Shown: positions 27,509 through 41,695, counted from the stretch's first letter. The stretch is DNA of 64,000 nucleotides from Candidatus Multivoradales bacterium (GCA_965223855.1 CBDCXM010000009.1:2944001-3008000), one strand, 5' to 3'. A program made the numbers and translations. The notes: a model not told the origin generated them from the letters alone.

Positions 27509-29037
27509 AGATACTTTCGGTCGCGGGCAGCCGCGAGATCGACCGACGGGCGATCGAAGACCTGGGCATTCCGGCGGTGGTCCTCATGGAGAACGCTGCG
27601 ATCGGTGTCGCGGACGCGATCTGCGAGGCGTTTGGGCATCTCGACCATGTCGCAATCTTCTGTGGGCCGGGCAACAACGGGGGCGATGGCTACGCCGTGG
27701 CGCGTCATCTCGACCGCCGGGGCTTTCAGGTGAAGTTGATCGCCGTCGGACCGGCCCCGGTAACGGACGAGGCCCGACTCCAGCACGACATCTGCCGGCG
27801 GCAGGAGATGGCAGTCCTCGACTGGCCGGAGGAGGGGAGGATCGATCGGGAGGAGTGTGACTGGGAGCTGGCTGTGGACGCGCTCTTCGGCCTCGGGCTC
27901 TCCCGTCCCCTGACCGGTCCCTTTCACGCCGCGGTGCGAGAGATCCGCGAGCGCGGAACTCCCGTCGTCGCGGTCGACCTTCCCAGCGGCCTGAACGGCG
28001 ACTCCTGCCGGCCGCTCGGAAGCCACGTCGAGGCCGATCTGACCGTGACCTTCGAGACGCTCAAGCCTGCCCATGTCCTCCCGCCGGCCGCGGATCTCGC
28101 CGGCGAGATCGCGATTGCCGATCTGGGGATCAGCCGTGCCGTTGCCGGCGGAGTCGAAAGCAACATGACCTGGGTGGACGGTGCGCATGTCGGCGAGCGG
28201 CTTCCCGCGCGCCGGCGGGATGCCCACAAGGGCGACTTCGGTCGGGTGCTGGTCGTCGCCGGCTCCCCGGGTTTCAGCGGAGCCGCCGTTTTGACCGCGC
28301 GCACCGCCCTGCGCTGCGGCGCGGGACTGGTGACCTGCGCAGTGCCGGAAACACTGATGACTACCGTCGAGGCGGCGTCGCTCGAGACGATGACTCTCGG
28401 GCTCCCCTCCGGCGCCCATGGAGGGCTTTCCTCCTGGGCCGTCGAACCGGTGCTCGAGGCGGCGGCACAGGTCGACACCCTGGCGATCGGTCCCGGTCTC
28501 GGCAGTCATGCCGAGACCCGAGCGGCGGTTCGGGACATCGTGCTGGGGACCGCCGGACGGGTAGTGATCGATGCCAGCGCCCTCGACGCCTTCGCCGGGG
28601 ACCTCGAGGCACTGCGCGAACGGGACGGCGAAACGGTGCTGACGCCTCACGGAGGCGAGCTGTCTCGACTGCTCGACAGACCGTCGGCCGAATTGGCCTT
28701 CGATCGAGCCGCCAGCGCGATCGAGGCGGCGGAAAGGTCCGGCGCCTGCGTCGTCTTCAAGGGCGCTCGAAGCCTGACGGCGAGCCCGGACGGGCTCCTC
28801 TTCGTCAACAGCTCCGGTAACTCCGGCATGGCGACCGCCGGCACGGGGGACGTCCTCACCGGTGTGCTGGCGGCGCTTCTCGCCCTCCCCATGGATACGG
28901 TCGAAGCCGCCGCCTGCGGCGTCTGGCTCCACGGGCGTGCCGGCGATCGCGCGGCGCAAGGCCTGGGCGAGGCCGGGATGACGGCGGGCGATCTGATGGA
29001 GGCGCTGCCCCTGGTGCTGGAGGAGCGATGGGGTTGA
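27505..29037 (+). CDS. nnr: Bifunctional NAD(P)H-hydrate epimerase/dehydratase
   Basis: LMENA, GPGNNGGDG, DALFG, DLPSG, HKGDFG, IGPGLG, LTPHGGE, ATAGTGDVL. Confidence 0.94.
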   Translation: MKILSVAGSREIDRRAIEDLGIPAVVLMENAAIGVADAICEAFGHLDHVAIFCGPGNNGGDGYAVARHLDRRGFQVKLIAVGPAPVTDEARLQHDICRRQEMAVLDWPEEGRIDREECDWELAVDALFGLGLSRPLTGPFHAAVREIRERGTPVVAVDLPSGLNGDSCRPLGSHVEADLTVTFETLKPAHVLPPAADLAGEIAIADLGISRAVAGGVESNMTWVDGAHVGERLPARRRDAHKGDFGRVLVVAGSPGFSGAAVLTARTALRCGAGLVTCAVPETLMTTVEAASLETMTLGLPSGAHGGLSSWAVEPVLEAAAQVDTLAIGPGLGSHAETRAAVRDIVLGTAGRVVIDASALDAFAGDLEALRERDGETVLTPHGGELSRLLDRPSAELAFDRAASAIEAAERSGACVVFKGARSLTASPDGLLFVNSSGNSGMATAGTGDVLTGVLAALLALPMDTVEAAACGVWLHGRAGDRAAQGLGEAGMTAGDLMEALPLVLEERWG

Positions 29038-29447
29038 GGCGCTGGGAGTCCCGCAGTGAAGAGGAGACCCGGGGGGTAGGGGAGGAACTCGGGAAGGACC
29101 TCGAGCCCGACGGCGTGCTCCTGCTTTCCGGTGAGCTCGGCGCCGGCAAGACCGTGCTGGTCAAGGGAGTGGCGCGGGCGCTGGGGATCGACGAGGCTGA
29201 GGTACAATCTCCGACCTTCACCCTGATGCGTTCGCATCGGGGACGTGCGGGAAGCCTGCTTCACGTCGATCTCTACAGACTCGAACCTGACGATGTCCCG
29301 GAACTCGGTCTCGAGGAGGCCCTGTACGGGGAGGGCGTCAAGGTCGTCGAATGGGCGGAGCGCCTGCCTTTCGAGGTGAACGGGGCCTTGAGGCTTCGTC
29401 TCAGGCGATCGAGTTCGGGCAGCCGCATGATCGAGGAACAGCCGTAA
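29028..29447 (+). CDS. tsaE: tRNA threonylcarbamoyladenosine biosynthesis ATPase TsaE
   Basis: GELGAGKT, SPTF, HVDLYRL, VEWAE; follows nnr. Confidence 0.95.
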   Translation: MGLRRWESRSEEETRGVGEELGKDLEPDGVLLLSGELGAGKTVLVKGVARALGIDEAEVQSPTFTLMRSHRGRAGSLLHVDLYRLEPDDVPELGLEEALYGEGVKVVEWAERLPFEVNGALRLRLRRSSSGSRMIEEQP

Positions 29448-29496
29448 CGAGGAATGACGCAACTGGAGCAACCTGGCTCCAGAAAGGTGCAGACGC

Positions 29497-30354
29497 ATGA
29501 AGATTCGCAAGGTAGGAGTGATGGGGTGCGGACTGATGGGGTCCGGAATCGCCGAGGTGGCGGCCCGTTCGGGCTTCGACACCGTGGTCAGGGAGGTCAA
29601 CCAGGACTTCCTCGACTCCGGGCTCGCGAGGATTTCGAAGTCCCTCGGGCGCGCGGTCGACAAGGGCAAGATGGAAGCGGCGGATCGGGATGCCACTCTC
29701 GGGCGGATCGAGGGGACCACCGAACTGTCGGACCTCGCCTCGTGCGACCTGGTGGTGGAAGCGATCGTCGAGGATCTCGAAGAGAAGTGTCGCACCTTCG
29801 CCGAGCTCGACAAGCTCGCACAACCGGAGGCGATCTTCGCCAGCAACACCTCGTCGCTGACGATCACCGAGCTCGCGATGTCGACCCAGCGCCCGGAGCG
29901 CTTCGTCGGACTGCACTACTTCAACCCGGTGCCGGTCATGAAGCTCGTCGAGGTCGTCCGAACGCTGGCCACCGACGACGCGGTGATCGAGACGGTGCAC
30001 GCCTATGTGCGCGAAACGGGCAAGGAACCGGTCGCCTGCCGCGACAACTCGGGCTTCATCGTCAATCGCCTCCTCGTGCCGTACCTGCTGGACGCGATCC
30101 GCGCCTACGAAGAGGGTGTCGGCAGCGTTGAGGACATCGACAAGGCGATGCAGCTCGGCTGCGGCTACCCGATGGGGCCGCTGACTCTGCTCGACTTCGT
30201 CGGCCTCGACACGACCTACTACATCGCCAACATCATGTTCGAGGAGTATCGCGAGAAGCGGTTCGCGCCTCCGCCGCTGCTCAAGCAGATGGTCCTCGCC
30301 GGCCGGTTCGGTCGCAAGAGCGGCCGCGGCTTCTACGACTACGGCGAGCGGTAG
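29497..30354 (+). CDS. 3-hydroxybutyryl-CoA (3-hydroxyacyl-CoA) dehydrogenase
   Basis: GCGLMGSGIA, EAIVE, SNTSS, HYFNPVPVM, GFIVNR, PMGP, GRKSGRGFY. Confidence 0.92.
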   Translation: MKIRKVGVMGCGLMGSGIAEVAARSGFDTVVREVNQDFLDSGLARISKSLGRAVDKGKMEAADRDATLGRIEGTTELSDLASCDLVVEAIVEDLEEKCRTFAELDKLAQPEAIFASNTSSLTITELAMSTQRPERFVGLHYFNPVPVMKLVEVVRTLATDDAVIETVHAYVRETGKEPVACRDNSGFIVNRLLVPYLLDAIRAYEEGVGSVEDIDKAMQLGCGYPMGPLTLLDFVGLDTTYYIANIMFEEYREKRFAPPPLLKQMVLAGRFGRKSGRGFYDYGER

Positions 30355-31484
30355 TGACCGAGGGCCTCACCACCACCGTGGCCGCAGACCCTGAAGAGGT
30401 CACTCGCATCGCGGTGAGCGAGGAGTGGGCGAGCGCACTGTTCGGCCCCAGGGACGAGAACCTCCGGCGTATCGAGGCGGCACTCGACGTCACCCTCGAA
30501 GCGCGCGGGGAAGACGTGCGGATCGGCGGTGAAGCAGCCGCCCGTGAGCTCGCGGCAAGGCTGCTCTCCGAGCTGTCGGCTCTGCTCGACCGCGGCTATG
30601 AACTGCAGGCGGTCGATATCGACACCGCGCTGAGAGTCGTTCGCGAGGCGCCCGACGCCTCGCTGGCGAAATTCTTCTCGGCCGACGGCTTCGCCGGGCG
30701 CGTGCTCTCGAAAGTCAAGCCACGCAGCGTCAGCCAGCAGATCTACCTGCAGGCCATGGCCGACAGCGATCTCGTGGTCTCGGTCGGTCCGGCAGGCACG
30801 GGCAAGACCTACCTCGCCGTGGCGATGGCGGCGGTCGCCCTTCAGGAGGAGAGGGTGAGGCGGCTCGTGCTGGCGCGACCTGCGGTCGAGGCGGGAGAGA
30901 AGCTCGGCTTTCTCCCGGGTGACCTGGTCGAGAAGGTGAATCCCTATCTGCGGCCTCTCTATGACGCGCTCTACGACATCATCGGCTTCGACAAGGTGAC
31001 GCGCATGCTCGAGCGCGGCACCATCGAGGTGGCCCCGCTCGCCTTCATGCGAGGGAGAACGCTCAACGACAGCTTCATCATCCTCGACGAGGCGCAGAAC
31101 ACGACGTCGGAACAGATGAAGATGTTCCTCACCCGCGTCGGGTTCAACTCGCAGGCGGTGATCAACGGCGACGTGACCCAGATCGATCTTCCCGCCGGCC
31201 GGGTGTCGGGGCTCAAGGAGGCGCTTCGCATCCTCGAAGGCATCGACGGAATCCGCTTCGTGCATTTCACGCAGCGCGACGTCGTCCGGCACCCTCTGGT
31301 GGCGAAGATCATCCAGGCATACGACCGTCGCGACGCAGCGCTGCGCCGATCGAAGGCCGGCCGATCAAGTGCGGGCCAGTCAGAGGTGGGCCAGTCAAAG
31401 GTGGGCAAGTCAAAGGTGGGCCAGTCGAAGGCCGGGAAGGACAACAGCGGCGCAGGCGCGGCCGCCGACTCGGGAGATGAGTGA
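30354..31484 (+). CDS. phoH: PhoH family ATPase
   Basis: GPAGTGKT, RPAVEAGEKLGFLPGD, FMRGRT, DEAQN, GDVTQIDL, DVVRHPLV. Confidence 0.95.
   Translation: MTEGLTTTVAADPEEVTRIAVSEEWASALFGPRDENLRRIEAALDVTLEARGEDVRIGGEAAARELAARLLSELSALLDRGYELQAVDIDTALRVVREAPDASLAKFFSADGFAGRVLSKVKPRSVSQQIYLQAMADSDLVVSVGPAGTGKTYLAVAMAAVALQEERVRRLVLARPAVEAGEKLGFLPGDLVEKVNPYLRPLYDALYDIIGFDKVTRMLERGTIEVAPLAFMRGRTLNDSFIILDEAQNTTSEQMKMFLTRVGFNSQAVINGDVTQIDLPAGRVSGLKEALRILEGIDGIRFVHFTQRDVVRHPLVAKIIQAYDRRDAALRRSKAGRSSAGQSEVGQSKVGKSKVGQSKAGKDNSGAGAAADSGDE
31356..31430 (+). repeat. Imperfect 15-bp tandem repeat in the phoH tail
   Basis: gccggccgatcaagt / gcgggccagtcagag / gtgggccagtcaaag / gtgggcaagtcaaag / gtgggccagtcgaag, encoding AGRSS AGQSE VGQSK VGKSK VGQSK. 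Confidence 0.85.
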
Positions 31485-31899
31485 GGTCGAGCTTCAGGAC
31501 CATGCGGGATACGGCCATGACGAGACCAACCGGCTCGAAGGATGGCTCGAGCGGGTCGTGCGGGGTGCTGATCTCGACGGCTCGCTGACCGCCCGCCTGG
31601 CGACCGACGAGGAGGTCCGCCGCTGGAATCGGGAGTTGAGAGGCCGGGACGCCGCCACCGACGTGCTTTCCTTCCCCGGGGAAGCGACGGTCGAGGGGCC
31701 GGAGATCGGCGATGTTCTGGTGGCACTCCCGGTTGCACGGAGGCAGGCGGCGGAGGCCGGACACGCGCTCGAGCGCGAGCTGCAGGAGCTCCTGCTCCAC
31801 GGTCTGCTGCACTGCCTCGGCTACGACCACGAGGAAGACGCAGGCGAGATGGAGGCGTTGGAGCTCCAATGGCGAGAGCGGTGGATCGACGGTGAATGA
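31477..31899 (+). CDS. ybeY: rRNA maturation RNase YbeY
   Basis: TDVLSFP, GDV, HGLLHCLGYDH. Confidence 0.94.
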   Translation: MSEVELQDHAGYGHDETNRLEGWLERVVRGADLDGSLTARLATDEEVRRWNRELRGRDAATDVLSFPGEATVEGPEIGDVLVALPVARRQAAEAGHALERELQELLLHGLLHCLGYDHEEDAGEMEALELQWRERWIDGE

Positions 31900-32794
31900 G
31901 AACGAGCCCAGGACCGGGAGTATCGCGCTCGTCGGTCGGCCGAACGCAGGCAAGTCGACGCTCATGAACCGCTGGCTGGGAGAGAAGCTCGCCATCGTCT
32001 CGGACAAGCCGCAGACCACCCGCCACCGGATCGTCGGCCTGCTCAGCGACCCGGAGGGACAGGCGATCTTCCTCGACACCCCCGGCATGCACCGGCCCCT
32101 TCATCGGCTCAACCGGCAGATGGTGTGGCACGCTCTCGAGGCGATGAAGGAGGCGGACGTGGTGTGTCTCGTCGTCGATGCCGCCACGCGCTTCGGGCAG
32201 GGGGACTCCTATCTGCTCGAGTTGCTGGGGAAGCTCGAGGCTCCGAAGGTGGTCGCCCTCAACAAGATCGATCGGGTCCAGAAGAAGCGCCTCCTGCCGA
32301 TCATCGAGCGCTACGGCGGGGCCGGGGAGTTCGAGGCGATCGTCCCCGTCAGCGCCGCAACCGGCGACGGTTGTCCGGAGCTCCTGGGTGAGCTTCGGCG
32401 CCTCCTGCCCGCCGGGCCGCCGCTCTACGATCGCGAGCTCCTCACCACTCAGCCCGAACGCTACTTCGTTGCCGAGCGGATCCGTGAGCAGGTCCTGCAG
32501 CGCACCCGCGACGAGCTGCCGTTCACGACCGCGGTGCAGATCGACCGCTGGGAGGACGCGGAGTCGGGACGGCTCGTCCTCTACGCATCGATCCTCGTCG
32601 AGCGCCCGGGACAGAAGAAGATTCTGATCGGCAGGGGAGGGGAGAGCATCAAGGAGATCGGCACCCGGGCGCGGCTCGACCTCCAGGAGTTTCTCGATCG
32701 GCCGGTCTATCTCGATCTGCGGGTTCGCCACGAGCCGGGATGGCGGGAGAACCGGCAACTGCTGGCGAGGCTCGAGCAGGACGTCGAGAGCTGA
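31892..32794 (+). CDS. era: GTPase Era
   Basis: GRPNAGKST, KPQTTR, DTPG, NKID, KH domain ILIGRGGESIKEIG. Confidence 0.96.
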   Translation: MNENEPRTGSIALVGRPNAGKSTLMNRWLGEKLAIVSDKPQTTRHRIVGLLSDPEGQAIFLDTPGMHRPLHRLNRQMVWHALEAMKEADVVCLVVDAATRFGQGDSYLLELLGKLEAPKVVALNKIDRVQKKRLLPIIERYGGAGEFEAIVPVSAATGDGCPELLGELRRLLPAGPPLYDRELLTTQPERYFVAERIREQVLQRTRDELPFTTAVQIDRWEDAESGRLVLYASILVERPGQKKILIGRGGESIKEIGTRARLDLQEFLDRPVYLDLRVRHEPGWRENRQLLARLEQDVES

Positions 32795-32874
32795 CGCGAG
32801 GCCGCAGGAGCGTTCTCGACGCCCGGCTTCACGCTTCTTCACGCCTTCCGTTGCGGCGGGTGAGAGCGCCACTC

Positions 32875-33165
32875 GGGCAGACACGAAGGCGCTCGGGAGG
32901 GGTCGGAGCGAACGACTCCAGGTAGGGCGACCACGCCCGACAGTCGAGGGGATGTGGAGGCCTCGTTCCCTGGTGGGTCGCCGACCCTGAGGAGCCACCA
33001 GGCTCTCACTCGTGACCGGACGGGAGGTGCCCCCACTCCCGGAAGATCCGCCACCCGGGTGCCGATCCGATCCGCTCTCCCGTCTACCTGGAAGAGCGAG
33101 GGTCGCGCTTGCGATACGGTGCCCGTGCCCCGAGGAGCGGTCGCCCTCCCTTCCTTCCGCTGCCC
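32875..33165. other. Structured intergenic segment (candidate ncRNA or miniature element)
   Basis: Nested complementary blocks GGGCAG/CTGCCC, GAAGG/CCTTC, GGGAGGG/CCCTCCC, TCCAGGTAG/CTACCTGGA enclosing local hairpins; no credible ORF. Confidence 0.35.
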
Positions 33166-33199
33166 TTGCCGACGGTCACGTGGAGGAGGGAGTAGCCGC

Positions 33200-33205
33200 T
33201 AGAAT
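33200..33205 (+). promoter_or_regulatory. Putative -10 box TAGAAT for mgtE
   Basis: TAGAAT 42 nt upstream of the mgtE ATG. Confidence 0.5.
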
Positions 33206-33247
33206 CCTCTTTCGCCCGCATCCGCTCCGATAGCGAGCTTCACGACG

Positions 33248-34654
33248 ATGGCCAAGACACAACCCAGGGAAGTCCTCGCCGCTCACCGGCGAACCAGGCT
33301 GATCGGCGACACGCTGCGTCGACTGGCTCGCCGCGGCGCGCGGGCTCGCATCGTCAACGTTCTGGGCAAGACCCGTCCCGAGGATGTCGCGGAGGTTCTC
33401 TCCACCCTCACCCCCGCCGACCAGACCGCGATCTTCGAGATCCTGGCTGCCGAGTTCCCGGACGGCGCGGGCGAGGTGCTGATCGAGGCAGAGCCGTCGA
33501 TGCAGCTCTCGCTGCTCGAAGGGCTGGACGCGGACGGCATCGCGCGCATCCTCTCCCAGCAGCCAGTGGACGACCGGGTGGCGATCATCGAGGTGCTGCC
33601 GGAGGATCGCCGGGAGGAGGTGCTCGAGCTCGTCAACATGGCGGCTCGCACCGAGGTGCAGACCCATCTGCGCTACGGCGACGACACCGCCGGGCGCATC
33701 ATGGACACTCAGTTCTACGCGCTCGAGGAGGACAAGACGATCGCCGAAGCGATCGCGGCGCTGCAGGAGTCGCGGGACCTCGAGAACATCTTCTATCTCT
33801 ACGTGATCGACGATGGAGGTCACCTCAAGGGGGTGACCTCGTTGCGCCAACTGCTCCTCACCGGCCCCGATCGCCCGCTCGGCGGGGTGATGACGGAGGC
33901 GGTGATCAAGGCTCACATCGAGACCGACCAGGAGGAGGTCGCGGAGCTCGCGACCCGGTACAACCTGCTCGCTGTACCCGTGGTGGACGATGACAATCGG
34001 CTGGTCGGGATCGTCACCGTGGACGACATCATCGACGTCGTCCAGGACGAGGCCACCGAGGACTTCCTGAAGATGGTCGGCACGACCGACGACGAACTCG
34101 TCTATCAGGACCGTTCGTTCCGGGTCGCCGGCATCCGCCTGCCGTGGCTGGTGGTCAATCTCGTCGGCCTGGTAGCGGCGGGGTGGCTGTTGAGCGGCTA
34201 CGCAGACACGCTCGGGCAGGGGCTCTACGTGACCCTCTACGCCTTCGTCCCGGCGATCATGGGCATGGGCGGCAACATCGGCAGCCAGACGTCGACGATC
34301 GCCGTGCGGGGATTGGCGACAGGGCGTGTCTCGCTCGCCCGCGGTCAGACCCGCACCTTCCTCTGGCAGCAGCTCAAGGTCGGCGTCATCCTGGGTCTCT
34401 CGTGCGCGGCGCTGGTGGGAGGGGTCGCCTTCTTCTGGAAGGCTAGCCCCTTCCACGGTGTCGTCGTCGGAACTTCGATGTGTCTCGCCATCCTCCTTGC
34501 CTCGCTCACCGGTGCGCTGATTCCCGTCGCCTTCGAGCGGCTCGGCATCGACCCGGCAGTCGCCGCCGGTCCACTCGTCACGACGCTCAACGACATCACC
34601 GGAATCCTCATCTACTTCAGTCTCGCCCGATCGCTGTCGACTCTGCTGCTCTGA
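33248..34654 (+). CDS. mgtE: Magnesium transporter MgtE
   Basis: TAGRIM, CBS pair (YLYVID, PVVD, GIVTVDD), RLPWL, GGNIGSQ, DPAVAAGPLVTTLND. Confidence 0.96.
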   Translation: MAKTQPREVLAAHRRTRLIGDTLRRLARRGARARIVNVLGKTRPEDVAEVLSTLTPADQTAIFEILAAEFPDGAGEVLIEAEPSMQLSLLEGLDADGIARILSQQPVDDRVAIIEVLPEDRREEVLELVNMAARTEVQTHLRYGDDTAGRIMDTQFYALEEDKTIAEAIAALQESRDLENIFYLYVIDDGGHLKGVTSLRQLLLTGPDRPLGGVMTEAVIKAHIETDQEEVAELATRYNLLAVPVVDDDNRLVGIVTVDDIIDVVQDEATEDFLKMVGTTDDELVYQDRSFRVAGIRLPWLVVNLVGLVAAGWLLSGYADTLGQGLYVTLYAFVPAIMGMGGNIGSQTSTIAVRGLATGRVSLARGQTRTFLWQQLKVGVILGLSCAALVGGVAFFWKASPFHGVVVGTSMCLAILLASLTGALIPVAFERLGIDPAVAAGPLVTTLNDITGILIYFSLARSLSTLLL

Positions 34655-34658
34655 ATCG

Positions 34659-35389
34659 ATGCTCCAAAGCGCGGAAGTACTGCTGCTGGACGTCTTCGAT
34701 CTCCAGGAGAACGACAGGATCGTGACCTGGCTCTCGCCGATCCATGGCAAGGTTCGCGGCGTGGCGAAGGGCGCGAGGCGCAAGTACAGCCGGTTCGCCG
34801 GGGCGCTCCAGCCTCTGGCGAAAGCCAAGGCGACCTGGTTCCAGAAGGAGGGCCGCGATCTGGCGCGGATCTCTGCGGTCGAGCTGGTGCGACCGGCGCG
34901 CCGTCTCCAGTCGGACCTCGAGGGGATCCTGCTCGGCGGCTACCTGGCAGGGCACGTCCTCGAGTTCGCGCAGGAGAACGAGCCGAGCGAGCACCTCTTC
35001 CGCCTCCTGGACTCCACCCTCGTCGCGCTGCTCGACGGACTCGACCGCCACCTCGCCGCACGCTACTTCGAGGCGTGGATGCTGCGGCTCGCCGGGGTGT
35101 TTCCGACGCCGCTCGAATGCCCGTCCTGCGGGCGCGATCTCGCCACCGGGGCGGTCCTCGCTCCTGGAGACGAGGGGTTGACCTGCCGGGAGTGTTCGCC
35201 CGAGGGACGATCGGTGTCGGCTGGAGCGATTCTCCTCCTGCGCAGAATGCGAGTGCAGTCGGTGCAGCAGATCGCGAGCGATCCGCCCGATCGAGGCGAG
35301 ATCGACGAAATCGAGACGATTTGTGGAAGGATTCGACGCGCCTTCCTTCAGCATGAACTGAAGAGCTATCGCGTGATGCGGGAGACCTT

Positions 35390-35411
<22 letters not shown>
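34659..35411 (+). CDS. recO: DNA repair protein RecO
   Basis: [17 protein letters not shown], zinc finger CPSC...CREC; upstream of glyQ. Confidence 0.92.
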
Positions 35412-36284
<873 letters not shown>

Positions 36285-36298
<14 letters not shown>

Positions 36299-38383
36299 GT
36301 TTCTTCTGGAGGTGCGGGCGGAGGAGATCCCTGCCCGCATGCTGCGCCCGGCCGCCGACGAGTTGCGACAGTCGCTGGCGGCCGAACTCGAGCGGCTCTC
36401 GCTCTCGGGGCGTGGGATCGAGACCACCTTCACGCCACGCCGGCTGGTCCTCGTGGCACGCGGCCTGCCGGCCCGGGAGCCCGACCGATCCGAGCGTCAG
36501 GTCGGGCCGCCGAAGTCGGCGGCTTTCGACGCCGAGGGGGTGCCGACGGCTGCCGCTCTCGGCTTTGCACGCAGGTGCGGGGTCGAGGTCGAGGCACTCC
36601 AGGTGGTCGAGACCGACAAGGGCGAATACCTGGCTGTGGACTCTGATGTCGAAGGGCGGCCGACCGGAGAGGTGCTGGCCGGGATCGTGCCGGGGATCGT
36701 CGAGAGCCTGAGTTGGCCGAAGACGATGCGTTGGGGAACCGACACCGGCCCCTGGGTTCGGCCGGTACATGGCATCCTCGCCCTCTTCGAGGAGGCGGTC
36801 GTCGCCTTCGAGCTCTTCGGGGTCGCCAGCGACGGCTCGACCGTGGGACACCCGATCCACTCCCCGAAGGCGTTTGAGGTCAAGGGATGGGCGGACTACC
36901 GGCGCAAACTGCGACGGCGCAAGGTCGAGATCGACTACGAGGCACGACGGAACCACCTCGCCTCGGCGATGAACGAACTGGCACGCGAAGCGGGAGGCAC
37001 CGTGGTCGAGGACCTCGAGCTTCTCGACAAGCTGGCGTCGATCTGCGAGGTCCCCGGCGTGGTGATGGGAGAGTTCTCACCCGAGTTCTCGAGCCTGCCG
37101 AGAGAGGTCCTGATCGCCAGCCTCAGGGATCATCAAAGCGCCTTCACCGTCGAGAGCGGCGACGAGCTTCTGCCCGTCTTTCTGACGGTCATGGACCGCG
37201 CCGACGATCCGGCAGGGCGGGTGCGGGCGGGCAACGAGTGGGTAGTCGACGCGCGCCTCGCCGATGCGCGCTTCTTCTACGACGAGGACCGGAAGCGGAC
37301 GCTCGAACAAGGAGCCGATCGCCTCGAGTCCCTGACCTTTCACGTCAGGCTCGGCAACTACGCCGACAAGACGAGGCGGGTGAAGCGGCTCGCGAGCTTC
37401 CTTTGCGACGCGCTCGACTGGAAGAACGAGAAGGCGGCGGCCGAGCAGGCGGCAGGCCTCCTGAAGGCGGACCTCCCCTGCGAGATGGTCAAGGAGTTCA
37501 CCTCCCTGCAAGGGGTGATCGGAGGCCTCTACGCCCGTGAAGACGGATTGCCGGACGAGGTGTGGCAGGCGGTGTACGACCAGTACCTCCCGGCGGGAGC
37601 AAGCGATGCGATCCCCAGAAGCAAGGCAGGTCTGGTGTGCGCGATCGCCGATCGCATCGACACGTTGGTCGGTATCTTCGGGCTCGGCGAGAAGCCGACC
37701 GGCAGCCGCGACCCCTTCGGCCTGCGGCGCGCGGCTCAAGGGATTCTGCGGATCGTCCTCGAGGCGGAGCTGTCGCTCGATCTGGACCTGGTGGCGGCGC
37801 AGGCGGCACTTCTGTACGGAGACCGCCTTTCGATGCCGGCCGACGAGGTACCGGCGGTGTTGCGCCCGTTCCTGGAGGACCGGATCCGCCACCTGCTGGG
37901 GCTCGAAGGCTACGCCTACGACGAGATCGAAGCCGCTCTCGCCGTCGGCTTCGCCGATCTGCCGGACCTTCGTGCGCGAGTGCGCGCGCTTCACTCGATG
38001 CGCCGGGACGCGGGCTTTCTCGCCGTGGTGCAGGCCGCCAAGCGGATCTCCAACATCCTCCGCGACGCTCCCGAGAGGGAGTTTTCGAAGGAGCTGCTGC
38101 GCGAACCGGCAGAGAAGGCACTCTGGGAGTCGTCACGCACGCTGCGGCTCGACGTGGAGCAGGAGGCGGCACGCGGCGACTACGAGGCGTGCTTCCACAA
38201 GATCGCCGCGTTCGCGGAAGTGCTCGAAACCTTCTTCGCCGAGGTGCTGGTGATGGACGAGAACCGGGAACTCAGGAGCAACCGGCTGGCACTGCTGCAG
38301 TCGATTCAGCGAACCCTGTCGAAGACCGCGAGACTCTCCGAGGTCGTCGTCGACAGGACCGAGGGAAGGAAGGGGCACGGCTC

Positions 38384-38387
<4 letters not shown>
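36285..38387 (+). CDS. glyS: Glycine--tRNA ligase beta subunit
   Basis: [49 protein letters not shown]. Confidence 0.96.
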
Positions 38388-41083
<2,696 letters not shown>

Positions 41084-41092
41084 GCCGCACCG

Positions 41093-41695
41093 ATGAGCCG
41101 CCTCGAACGTTCCCAACTCCCCGAGGAGCCGCTCGACCTCTTCCGTGACTGGTACCGGGCGGTCGGGCACGCCGGTTTCATCGAGCCCACCGCCATGGTT
41201 CTCGCCACGGCGGACGCGCGGGGAAGACCCTCGGCAAGGGTCGTGCTGCTCAAAGGCCTCGACGAACGGGGCTTCGTCTTCTACACCAACTACGGGAGCC
41301 GCAAAGGTCGTGAGCTGGCCGAGAATCCCCATGCCGCTCTCACGTTCTGGTGGGACCTGCTCGAGCGACAGGTCCGCGTCGAGGGGACGGTAGAGCAGCT
41401 ACCTGCCGAGGAGTCGGATGCCTACTTCGCCGGTCGACCGCGGGCGAGTCGCATCGGCGCGCATGCCTCGGACCAGAGCCGCCCGCTCGCCTCCCGCGAC
41501 GAACTCGAGGCACACCTGGCAGAACAGGAGCGGCGCTTCGACGGCGAGGAGGTTCCCCGACCGGAGCACTGGGGCGGCTTCCTGCTCGATCCGCAGGCCA
41601 TCGAGTTCTGGCAGCAGGGCGAGTTCCGGTTGCACGATCGCTTCCGCTACGAACGTTCCGAAGGTGGTTGGAGGCTCGAGCGTCTCGCCCCTTAG
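41093..41695 (+). CDS. pdxH: Pyridoxine/pyridoxamine 5'-phosphate oxidase
   Basis: RVVLLK, FYTNYGSRKG, RQVRVEG, HWGG, EFWQ...RLHDR, RLAP. Confidence 0.96.
   Translation: MSRLERSQLPEEPLDLFRDWYRAVGHAGFIEPTAMVLATADARGRPSARVVLLKGLDERGFVFYTNYGSRKGRELAENPHAALTFWWDLLERQVRVEGTVEQLPAEESDAYFAGRPRASRIGAHASDQSRPLASRDELEAHLAEQERRFDGEEVPRPEHWGGFLLDPQAIEFWQQGEFRLHDRFRYERSEGGWRLERLAP

Noticed and set aside
31356-31430. CRISPR-like array
   Set aside because: The units are contiguous 15-mers with no spacers, in frame within phoH, and there are no cas genes in the window.
32795-33247. M-box (ykoK) Mg2+ riboswitch upstream of mgtE
   Set aside because: I cannot find the conserved M-box sequence blocks, and a -10 box lies only 42 nt before the start. 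Kept only as an unclassified structured region.
37562-38383. Long N-terminal extensions in the ORF track for ppdK (also lpxA, guaA, cinA, the DHH gene and VWA gene 1)
   Set aside because: The extensions are Arg/Gly/Pro-rich off-frame readings of neighbouring genes. Real starts are marked by ATGA/GTGA overlaps, SD sequences or -10 boxes, so these are not fusions.
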